Below are positions 42,836-50,625 of a DNA stretch of 50,625 nucleotides, piece after piece. The number at the start of each line of letters is the position of its first letter. Position 1 is the first letter of the stretch. The position numbers were made by a program, and so were the translations under genes. The stretch covers positions 1 to 50,625 of the forward strand of contig JBQCES010000280.1 of NCBI GenBank assembly GCA_051960055.1, written 5' to 3'. Under the pieces are notes generated by a model, which saw only the letters and a list, made by a program, of their open reading frames with translations, made no database searches and was not told the DNA's origin. The stretch is from Angustibacter sp. GTDB lineage: Bacteria > Actinomycetota > Actinomycetes > Actinomycetales > Angustibacteraceae.

Positions 42836-43837
42836 GTGCGCTCGCGTCGCGTGCTGCACTCGGTGGAGTCCCACACCGAGGGCATGCCGACCCGGGTCAT
42901 CACCGGCGGGGTCGGCGTGATTCCGGGCGACACGATGTTCGCCCGGCGCGAGTGGTTCCTCGAGCACTCCGACGACCTGCGGACCCTGCTGATGTACGAG
43001 CCGCGGGGCCACTCGGCGATGTCGGGTGCGATCCTGCAGCCCTCGACCCGTCCGGACGCCGACTTCGGGGTGCTGTACATCGAGGTCAGCGGCTGCCTGC
43101 CCATGTGCGGCCACGGCACCATGGGCGTGGCCACCGTGCTGGTCGAGACCGGCATGGTGCCGGTCACCGAGCCGGTGACCACCGTGCGGCTCGACACCCC
43201 GGCGGGCCTGGTGATCGCCGAGGTCGCGGTCACGGACGGCGCGGCGACGAGCGTGACCCTGCGCAACGTCGCCTCCTACCTCGACGAGGCCGACTCCTGC
43301 GTGCAGGTGCCGGGTCTGGGCGAGGTGCGCTACGACATGGCGTACGGCGGCAACTTCTACGCCGTCGTCGAGCTCGAGCAGCTCGGGCTGCCCTTCGACC
43401 GGGCCGCCAAGGACGAGCTGCTGCGCGCGGGACTGTCGATCATGGACGCGATCAACGAGCAGCGGCGGCCGGTGCACGCCGAGAACCCCGGCGTGGGCGG
43501 CTGCCACCACGTGCAGCTCGTGGCGCCGGGCTCGACGGCGCAGCACTCGCGGCACGCCATGGCGATCTACCCCGGCTGGTTCGACCGCTCCCCGTGCGGC
43601 ACCGGCACGAGCGCGCGCCTGGCTCAGCTGCACGCGCGCGGTCAGCTGGCGGTCGGCGAGGAGATGGTCAACGAGTCCTTCATCGGCACCCGGTTCCTCG
43701 CGCGCGTGCTGGAGGAGACCCAGGTGGGCGGACGGCCGGCCATCATCCCGTCCGTCACGGGCCGGGCGTGGGTCACCGGCACCGCGCAGTACTTCCTCGA
43801 CCCGACCGACCCGTTCCCGGCCGGCTTCCTGCTCTGA
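42836..43837 (+). CDS. proline racemase family, probable 4-hydroxyproline 2-epimerase (LhpA-like)
   Basis: HTEGMP, MCGH and DRSPCGTG (Cys/Cys pair); EPRGHSAMSG has Ser where proline racemases have Phe. Confidence 0.87.
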   Translation: MRSRRVLHSVESHTEGMPTRVITGGVGVIPGDTMFARREWFLEHSDDLRTLLMYEPRGHSAMSGAILQPSTRPDADFGVLYIEVSGCLPMCGHGTMGVATVLVETGMVPVTEPVTTVRLDTPAGLVIAEVAVTDGAATSVTLRNVASYLDEADSCVQVPGLGEVRYDMAYGGNFYAVVELEQLGLPFDRAAKDELLRAGLSIMDAINEQRRPVHAENPGVGGCHHVQLVAPGSTAQHSRHAMAIYPGWFDRSPCGTGTSARLAQLHARGQLAVGEEMVNESFIGTRFLARVLEETQVGGRPAIIPSVTGRAWVTGTAQYFLDPTDPFPAGFLL

Positions 43838-43893
43838 GCCCCGGAGGCTGCGAGCAGTGCCATCCGCAACGTCTGCACCCGAAGGTGAGCCCC

Positions 43894-45255
43894 GTGATCG
43901 TCAGCCGCAGTCCCCAGCAGCCCTCCGACGTCGTCGTCGAGGTGGCCCCCACCGAGCCCGCGCAGGTCGAAGCCGCCGTGGCGCGGGCACGAGCAGCCCA
44001 GCGCGGCTGGACCCAGGCCGCCGCACCGCGCGCCGCCGCCCTGCACGCGGCGGCCGACCTCGTCGCCACCCGGGCCCAGCAGCTCGAGGACCTCGTGGTG
44101 CGCGAGGTCGGCAAGCCCCGCAGCGAGGCCCGCGGTGAGGTCGCGCGCACCGCAGCGATCCTGCGGTACTACGCCGAGCAGGTCTTCGACCCGGTCGGTT
44201 CGGTGCACGAGCCGTCGCTGTCGGGGCTGCTGCTGACCCAGCGCCGCCCACGCGGCGTCGCGGGCCTCATCACGCCGTGGAACTTCCCGCTGGCCATCCC
44301 GCTGTGGAAGGCCGCGCCCGCGCTCGCCTTCGGCAACGCGGTGGTGCTCAAGCCGGCCCCCGAGGCCACGGCCTGCGCGCTCGCCCTCGCCGAGATCCTC
44401 GACCCGTGCCTGCCGCCCGGCGTCTTCACCGTCGTGCCCGGCGAGGCCGAGACCGGCCAGGCGCTCGTGCAGTGCGCCGACGTCGTGTCGTTCACCGGGT
44501 CGGTGGGCGCGGGCGGAGCCGTCGCAGCCGCAGCGGGCGCCCGGGGCATCCCGGTGCAGGCGGAGATGGGCGGCCAGAACCCCTCGATCGTGCTCCCCGA
44601 CGCCGACGTGCAGACCGCGGCTGCTCATGTGACGGCGGCCGCGATGGGCTACGCGGGGCAGAAGTGCACAGCCACCAAGCGCGTCATCGTGGTCGGCGAC
44701 CCCGAGCCCCTGCGGCAGGCGTTCGTGGCGGCGGTCGAGGCGCTCCCCGTGGGCGACCCGGCGCGCGCCGAGACGGTGGTCGGCCCGGTGGTCAACGAGG
44801 CGGCCCGGCAGCGCGTGCAGCAGGCCGCCGCGTCCGCTCAGGCGGCCGGCGGCCGGCTGCTCACCGGTCAGGGACCCGTTCCGGACGACGGCTGGTACGT
44901 CGGGCCCACGGTCGTCGAGGGCGTCCCGACGTCGCACGAGCTGGCGTGCGAGGAGGTCTTCGGCCCGATCTGCCTGCTGCAGCAGGCGTCCGACGTCGAG
45001 GAGGCCGTCGCGATGGCCAACAGCGTGCGGTTCGGGCTCGCGGCAGGGCTCTACACGAACGACCTCGACGCCGTGCTGTCGCTCACCGGGCGGCTCGAAG
45101 CGGGTCTGGTGAAGGTCAACGCACCCACCTCGGGCGTCGACTTCTACCTGCCGTTCGGTGGCGAGAAGACCTCCAGCCTCGGCGGTCGCGAGCAGGGCAA
45201 GGCCGCTCAGGACTTCTACACCTCCGTGCACACGGTCACCATCGCCCGCCCGTAG
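43894..45255 (+). CDS. aldehyde dehydrogenase, probable alpha-ketoglutarate semialdehyde dehydrogenase
   Basis: TPWNFP, FTGS, EMGGQN, GQKCT, EEVFGP. Confidence 0.82.
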   Translation: MIVSRSPQQPSDVVVEVAPTEPAQVEAAVARARAAQRGWTQAAAPRAAALHAAADLVATRAQQLEDLVVREVGKPRSEARGEVARTAAILRYYAEQVFDPVGSVHEPSLSGLLLTQRRPRGVAGLITPWNFPLAIPLWKAAPALAFGNAVVLKPAPEATACALALAEILDPCLPPGVFTVVPGEAETGQALVQCADVVSFTGSVGAGGAVAAAAGARGIPVQAEMGGQNPSIVLPDADVQTAAAHVTAAAMGYAGQKCTATKRVIVVGDPEPLRQAFVAAVEALPVGDPARAETVVGPVVNEAARQRVQQAAASAQAAGGRLLTGQGPVPDDGWYVGPTVVEGVPTSHELACEEVFGPICLLQQASDVEEAVAMANSVRFGLAAGLYTNDLDAVLSLTGRLEAGLVKVNAPTSGVDFYLPFGGEKTSSLGGREQGKAAQDFYTSVHTVTIARP

Positions 45256-45399
45256 GCGGGACCTGTTCGTCCGACCTGTCCCATCTGCGGCGTCAGCAGC
45301 GCCGGCGCCGACGGATTCCTTTCTGCCGCAACCTTCCGCAGCCCCTCGACCTGTGGCATTGTCCTGTACAACGTCACACCGCACTGAAAGGAACGTCCC

Positions 45400-46569
45400 A
45401 TGAGACGTCGACGCCTGGCCCGCCTTCCCCTCGTGGCCGCAGCGAGCGCCGCCCTGTTGCTCACCGCGTGCGGCAACGGCCTGCTCTCCGAGGACAAGGC
45501 CGGTGACAGCTCCTCCGGCCCGATCCTGCTCGGCATGCTCGCCCCGATGTCCGGCAGCAGCGCCGCCATCGGTCCCTACATGAAGAACGGCGCCCAGCTG
45601 GCGATCAGCGAGATCAACGCCAAGGGCGGCGTCGCCGGGCGCAAGCTCGAGCTGCGGGTCGAGGACGACGCGTGCGACGCCAAGACGGCGACCGCGGGCG
45701 CGAACAAGCTCGTGACCCAGGGCGTGAAGGTCTCGGTGGGCGGCTACTGCTCGGGCGCGACGCTGCCGACCCTGCCCATCTTCGCCAAGGCCGAGGTGCC
45801 GATGCTCATCCCGGCGGCCAACTCCAACGAGCTGGTCGACCAGCACCTGCCCAACGTGTTCCTGCTCAACGGCACCGGAACCCAGCAGGCCGACGCCGCA
45901 CTCGCCTACCTCACCAAGGTCCAGTCCGCGCGCGTGGCGGTGATGGACGACAACACCAGCTACTCCAAGGACATCGCCGACCTCACCGTGGAGCGGCTCA
46001 AGCGCGCCGGTGGGCCCGAGCTCGCCGGACGCGACTCCGTCACCCCGGGTGAGAGCGACTACAGCGCCAACGTGACGGCGGTGCTGAAGACCAAGCCCGA
46101 CACCATCTACTGGACCGGATACTTCCAGGAGGGCGGCCTCATCATCCGCCAGCTGCGGCAGGCCGGGTACCAGGGCAAGATCCTCGTCGCCGACGGCAGC
46201 GTCGACGCGAAGCTGATCGAGATCGCCGGGGCCAAGAGCGCCGAGGGCGTGCTGGCCACGATGACTCCGACGCCGGAGACGATCGAGAGCGCCAAGGGCT
46301 GGATCCAGAGCTACAAGTCGACGTTCAACAGCGACCCCGGCCCCTACTCCACGCAGTCCTACGACGCGGTTCGCGTTGCGGCGGAGGCGATCCGTGCCGC
46401 CGGCAGCACCGACGGCAAGGCCGTCGACAAGGCGCTGGAGTCCCTCAAGGACTTCCCGACCTTCGCCGGGCCGTTGACCTTCACGAAGGACCACACGCTG
46501 TCTCAGGGTGGCTTCCTGATCCTGAAGGTCAGCGACGGCCACTTCGTGCTCGAGGACTCGCTGCAGTAA
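45400..46569 (+). CDS. Liv-type ABC substrate-binding lipoprotein
   Basis: Lipobox LTAC; INAKGGV.GR, EDDACD, GGYCSG. Confidence 0.9.
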   Translation: MRRRRLARLPLVAAASAALLLTACGNGLLSEDKAGDSSSGPILLGMLAPMSGSSAAIGPYMKNGAQLAISEINAKGGVAGRKLELRVEDDACDAKTATAGANKLVTQGVKVSVGGYCSGATLPTLPIFAKAEVPMLIPAANSNELVDQHLPNVFLLNGTGTQQADAALAYLTKVQSARVAVMDDNTSYSKDIADLTVERLKRAGGPELAGRDSVTPGESDYSANVTAVLKTKPDTIYWTGYFQEGGLIIRQLRQAGYQGKILVADGSVDAKLIEIAGAKSAEGVLATMTPTPETIESAKGWIQSYKSTFNSDPGPYSTQSYDAVRVAAEAIRAAGSTDGKAVDKALESLKDFPTFAGPLTFTKDHTLSQGGFLILKVSDGHFVLEDSLQ

Positions 46570-46597
46570 CGACCGCAGTTCTCACCGCGACCGCCCT

Positions 46598-46627
46598 CGC
46601 CGGCGTCGTCCTCCTGCGACGCCGGCG
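46598..46627 (+). other. intercistronic stem-loop after SBP gene
   Basis: CGCCGGCGTCG / CGACGCCGGCG. Confidence 0.5.
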
Positions 46628-46651
46628 GGGGCCCGTCCGAAAGGCCCCTGC

Positions 46652-47545
46652 ATGACCCAGCTCATCTGGAACGGCATCTTCGTCGGTGCGTTCTACGCGC
46701 TCGTCGCCCTCGGCTACAGCATGGTCTACGGCATCATCAAGCTGCTGAACTTCGCGCACGGCGACATCTACATGGTCGGCGCCTTCGCCGGCTTCGCCAT
46801 GATCGGCCTGCTGGGCAGCGTCTCGGCGGCGGCCACCTTGCCGGTGCTGCTCGCCGTCCTCGTCGTGGCCATGCTGCTGTCGGGCGCCGGGGGTCTGCTG
46901 CTCGAGCGCGTGGCCTACCGGCCGCTGCGCGGGTCGCCGCGGCTCTCGGTGCTCATCACCGCGGTGGGTGCGTCGTTCGCCCTCGAGTACGGCATGCGGC
47001 TGGTGGCCGGGCCGAACCCGCGCGTCTACGGGCTGCGCCTGGAGGGTTCGTCGGTCGACGTCCTCGGGGCGCGCGTGAGCATGCAGCAGGTCGCGCTCGT
47101 CGTCGTCGCGGTCGCGCTGATGCTGGCCCTGCAGTACCTGGTGATGCGCACCCGCACCGGTCGGGCGATGCGGGCGATCGCCGAGGACGGCACCGCCTCG
47201 CTGCTCATGGGCATCAACGTCAACGCCGTCATCTCGCGGACGTTCTTCATCGGGTCCGCGCTCGCGGGCGCCGCCGGCGTCATGGCCGGCGCCTACTACG
47301 GCAAGATCGACTTCCTCATGGGGTTCGTCATCGGCCTCAAGGCGTTCACGGCCGCGGTGATCGGCGGCATCGGGAACATCAAGGGCGCCATGCTCGGCGG
47401 CCTCACGCTGGGCCTGCTGGAGTCGCTCGGCACCGGGTGGCTCGGAGGCCAGTGGCGCGACGTCTTCGCGTTCGGGTTCCTCATCGTCTTCCTCGTCGTG
47501 CGGCCGACCGGCATCCTCGGCGAGCGCGTCACGGAGCGTGTGTGA
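46652..47545 (+). CDS. livH: Liv-type ABC permease
   Basis: YALVALGYSMVYG..NFAHG, GRAMRA, AFTAAVIGGIG. Confidence 0.9.
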   Translation: MTQLIWNGIFVGAFYALVALGYSMVYGIIKLLNFAHGDIYMVGAFAGFAMIGLLGSVSAAATLPVLLAVLVVAMLLSGAGGLLLERVAYRPLRGSPRLSVLITAVGASFALEYGMRLVAGPNPRVYGLRLEGSSVDVLGARVSMQQVALVVVAVALMLALQYLVMRTRTGRAMRAIAEDGTASLLMGINVNAVISRTFFIGSALAGAAGVMAGAYYGKIDFLMGFVIGLKAFTAAVIGGIGNIKGAMLGGLTLGLLESLGTGWLGGQWRDVFAFGFLIVFLVVRPTGILGERVTERV

Positions 47546-48549
47546 TGCCGGCCGCGCTCCGCTCGTGGGCCGGACACCGGCTCGGCTGGCTGGCCCTCCT
47601 GGTCGCGCTGCTGGCGCCGTTCGTCAACGCCAGCCCGTACGCGCTGAGCGTGCTCACGTCCGCCGCGCTGTTCGCGATGCTGGCCGTCGGGCTGAACATC
47701 GTGGTGGGCTACTGCGGGCTCCTCGACCTCGGCTACGCCGCCTTCTTCGCGATCGGCGCCTACACCAGCGGTGTGCTCAGCACGCGCTTCGACTGGCCGT
47801 TGCTGGCCACCGTGCCGGTGGTCGTCGTCGCCTCGGTGCTGGCTGGGATCATCATCGGCGGTCCGACGCTGCGGCTGCGCAGCGACTACCTGGCCATCGT
47901 CACGCTCGGCTTCGGCGAGATCATCCGCATCACCGCCAACAACCTCCCCCTCACGGGTGGGCCGTCGGGGATCTACGGGATCCCCGGGCCCAGCCTGCTC
48001 GGCCTCGACCTCGGCTCGCCGGTCGCGTTGTACTTCACGGTCGTCGTCGTGGTGGCCCTCGCGGTGGTGGCCGCGGGCCGGCTGGGGCGCAGCCGGATCG
48101 GCCGGGCGTGGCGCTTCGTGCGCGAGGACGAGGACGCCGCCGAGGCGGTCGGCGTGCACACCTACAAGGTCAAGCTGGCGGCGTACATCGCCGGCGCGAT
48201 CTGGGGTGGCCTGGCCGGTGTGCTGTTCGGCGCCCAGCTGTCGGCCATCTCGCCGCAGAGCTTCACGTTCCTGCAGTCGGCCCTGGTGCTGATGGCCGTC
48301 GTGCTCGGCGGCATGGGCTCCAACCCGGGAGTGATCGTGGGCGCCGTGGTGATCAGCGTGCTGCCGGAGGTGCTGCGCGGGGCCGCTGACTACCGCTTCT
48401 TCGTCTTCGGCGTCCTGCTCATCGCGATGATGATCTTCCGTCCGCAGGGGATCTGGCCGCACCGCGTGCGGGAGGTCGTCGACCGGCCCGGCGACCCGCT
48501 CGCCGGCCGCCCGGCCGACAGCTCACCGGAGCCGGAGGTGACCCGATGA
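47545..48549 (+). CDS. livM: Liv-type ABC permease
   Basis: GLNIVVG..GLLDLG, LRSDYLAIVTLGFGE, VVLGGMG. Confidence 0.9.
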   Translation: MPAALRSWAGHRLGWLALLVALLAPFVNASPYALSVLTSAALFAMLAVGLNIVVGYCGLLDLGYAAFFAIGAYTSGVLSTRFDWPLLATVPVVVVASVLAGIIIGGPTLRLRSDYLAIVTLGFGEIIRITANNLPLTGGPSGIYGIPGPSLLGLDLGSPVALYFTVVVVVALAVVAAGRLGRSRIGRAWRFVREDEDAAEAVGVHTYKVKLAAYIAGAIWGGLAGVLFGAQLSAISPQSFTFLQSALVLMAVVLGGMGSNPGVIVGAVVISVLPEVLRGAADYRFFVFGVLLIAMMIFRPQGIWPHRVREVVDRPGDPLAGRPADSSPEPEVTR

Positions 48550-49346
48550 GCAGCCTGCTCGACGTGCGGGGTTTGACCTTGCGCTTCGGAGGCGTCACCG
48601 CCGTCGACGACCTCAGCTTCAGCGTCGCCGAGGGCGACATCGTGTCGGTGATCGGGCCCAACGGCGCCGGCAAGACCAGCGCCTTCAACTGCATCACCGG
48701 CTTCTACAAGCCCACCGGTGGCGCGGTGAGCTTCGCGGGTCAGGACATGACCGGCTGGCGGCCGTCGGCGATCGCCTCGCTCGGCGTCGCCCGCACCTTC
48801 CAGAACCTCCGGCTGTTCGGTGAGCTCACCGCGCTCGACAACGTGCGGGCCGGCATGCACCTGACCCTGCAGCAGAACGCGCTCGACGCGATCCTGCACA
48901 CACCGCGGTTCCGGCGCGGTGAGCAGCACGCCACGGCGCAGGCGCACCACTGGCTCGACTTCGTCGGCCTGCGCGGCGACCGCGGCGGGCCGGCCAGCGC
49001 CCTGCCGTACGGCGAGCAGCGGCGCGTCGAGCTGGCCCGCGCCCTCGCGCGCGGCCCGCGGTTGCTGCTGCTCGACGAGCCCGCAGCCGGCCTCAACCAC
49101 ACCGAGAAGGGTGAGCTGCTCGACCTGCTCGGCCGGATCGGTGACCTCGGCATCGCCGTCGTGCTGATCGAGCACGACATGGGGCTGGTGATGCAGGTGT
49201 CACGGCGCATCGTCGTCCTGAACTTCGGCCGGGTCATCGCCGAGGGCCAGCCGGACGCCGTCCGCACCGACCCCGCCGTCATCGAGGCCTACCTCGGGCG
49301 CGCCGACGACCCGGCCTCGCCACCCACCGAAGGAGCACGCGGGTGA
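48546..49346 (+). CDS. livG: Liv-type ABC ATPase
   Basis: GPNGAGKT, RTFQN, LPYG, LDEP, IEHDM. Confidence 0.92.
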   Translation: MSSLLDVRGLTLRFGGVTAVDDLSFSVAEGDIVSVIGPNGAGKTSAFNCITGFYKPTGGAVSFAGQDMTGWRPSAIASLGVARTFQNLRLFGELTALDNVRAGMHLTLQQNALDAILHTPRFRRGEQHATAQAHHWLDFVGLRGDRGGPASALPYGEQRRVELARALARGPRLLLLDEPAAGLNHTEKGELLDLLGRIGDLGIAVVLIEHDMGLVMQVSRRIVVLNFGRVIAEGQPDAVRTDPAVIEAYLGRADDPASPPTEGARG

Positions 49347-50053
49347 ACGCGCTGGAGCTTCGCGACGTCCAGGTGACCTACGGGCACGTGCAGGCCCTGC
49401 GGGGCGTCTCGCTCACCGTCGAGGACGGCGAGATCGTCGCGCTGCTGGGCAACAACGGCGCCGGAAAGACGACGACCCTGGCGACGGTGTCGGGTGTCGT
49501 GCGGGCCCGCGAGGGCTCGGTGCACGCGTTCGGGTCCGACATCACGCGGGCCCACCCCTGGGACATCGTGGCGTCCGGCGTGATCCACGTGCCGGAGGGC
49601 CGCCGCATCTTCTCGCGGCTGAGCGTGCACGAGAACCTTCAGCTGGGCGGCTACCTCGTCGACGACGCGCGCGAGGTGCAGCGCCGCATCGACCACGTGT
49701 ACTCGCTGCTGCCCCGGCTGGCCGAGCGCAGCCACCAGCAGGGCGGCACGCTGTCGGGCGGTGAGCAGCAGATGCTCGCCATCGGGCGCGCACTGGTCAG
49801 CGGACCCCGGCTGCTGATGCTGGACGAGCCCTCGATGGGACTCGCCCCGCTCATCGTGGCGCAGGTCATGGACGTGATCCGGACGGTCAACGCCGAAGGC
49901 ACCTCGGTGCTGCTCGTCGAGCAGAACGCCCGCGCCGCGCTGCAGATCGCCCACCGCGCCTACGTCGTCGACACCGGTGAGGTCAGCCTCGACGGCCCCG
50001 CATCCGAGCTCGTGCACGACCCGCGGGTGCTCGAGGCCTACCTGGGCGCATGA
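49343..50053 (+). CDS. livF: Liv-type ABC ATPase
   Basis: GNNGAGKT, PEGRRIF, LSGGEQQM, DEPSMG, VEQN. Confidence 0.92.
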   Translation: MNALELRDVQVTYGHVQALRGVSLTVEDGEIVALLGNNGAGKTTTLATVSGVVRAREGSVHAFGSDITRAHPWDIVASGVIHVPEGRRIFSRLSVHENLQLGGYLVDDAREVQRRIDHVYSLLPRLAERSHQQGGTLSGGEQQMLAIGRALVSGPRLLMLDEPSMGLAPLIVAQVMDVIRTVNAEGTSVLLVEQNARAALQIAHRAYVVDTGEVSLDGPASELVHDPRVLEAYLGA

Positions 50054-50104
50054 GGTGCTTTGACCTGTGACATGTGACCACGGCCGAGCGAGTAAGGTCA
50101 GAGC

Positions 50105-50625
50105 GTGCCGAGCAGATCAGGAGCCTTCTCGCCCGAGCCCATCGGTGACGAGCGGCTGTTCACCGAGTTCCCCGGACGCAACAGCATCCGCGAGCAGGTC
50201 GCCCATGCCCTGCGCGCCGCCCTGGTGTCGGGGCAGATGCGGCCAGGAGTGCTCTACTCCGCTCCGGCCTTGGCGGCGCAGTTCGGGGTCTCGCCGACGC
50301 CGATCCGCGAGGCCATGCTCGACCTGGTCAAGGAGGGCCTGGTCGTCGCGGTGCGCAACAAGGGCTTCCGGGTCACCGAGCTCGCCGACAGCGAGCTCGA
50401 CGAGATGTCCGACATCCGCCAGCTCATCGAGGTGCCGACCGTCGCGAAGATCGCCCGGCGCTGCTCGGGCCCCGTCGCCGAGCAGGTCGAGGCCCTGCGC
50501 CCACTCGCGCGGCGCATCGTCGAGTGCGCCGAGAAGGGCGAGCTGATCGAGTACGTCGAGGCCGACCGGCGCTTCCACCTCGAGCTGCTCGGCCTGGCCG
50601 GCAACCAGCACCTCGTGCGGGTCGT
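50105..50625 (+). CDS. GntR/FCD transcriptional regulator, HypR-like (3' end outside window; not in ORF track)
   Basis: Translated by eye: SIREQVAHALRAALVSGQMRPG...LAAQFGVSPTPIREAMLDLVKEGLV...NKGFRV...DRRFH...AGN. Confidence 0.88.
   Translation, partial: MPSRSGAFSPEPIGDERLFTEFPGRNSIREQVAHALRAALVSGQMRPGVLYSAPALAAQFGVSPTPIREAMLDLVKEGLVVAVRNKGFRVTELADSELDEMSDIRQLIEVPTVAKIARRCSGPVAEQVEALRPLARRIVECAEKGELIEYVEADRRFHLELLGLAGNQHLVRV

Overview
High-GC actinobacterial chromosome segment from the oriC-proximal region. (1) 1-4963: gyrB (5'-truncated), gyrA, DUF3566, tRNA-Ile, DLW-39 peptide, tRNA-Ala. (2) ~4964-16080: accessory patch after tRNA-Ala with a secreted 4-repeat beta protein, YjbR/MmcQ, an ECF41 (SigJ-like) unit with its consensus promoter, a Phd/RelE-like toxin-antitoxin pair with operator, an HNH nuclease, small enzymes and an orphan chemoreceptor with a sigma28-type promoter. 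(3) 16090-30345: conserved ppiA-rhomboid-crgA-DUF881-sortase E-pabA/trpG-pknB-pknA-pbpA-rodA-pstP-fhaB-fhaA-tRNA-Leu block. It contains a DnaA-box cluster behind crgA and single in-frame TAG codons in rhomboid and pknB. (4) 30613-50625: a ~20 kb co-directional cluster after tRNA-Leu that reads as a collagen-to-TCA pathway: P5C dehydrogenase, Xaa-Pro aminopeptidase, peptide-binding lipoprotein, M9 collagenase, full 4-hydroxyproline catabolism, a Liv-type ABC transporter and a GntR/HypR-like regulator. Seven related operator-like sites link its units. All calls come from motif and synteny recognition by eye; no searches were run.
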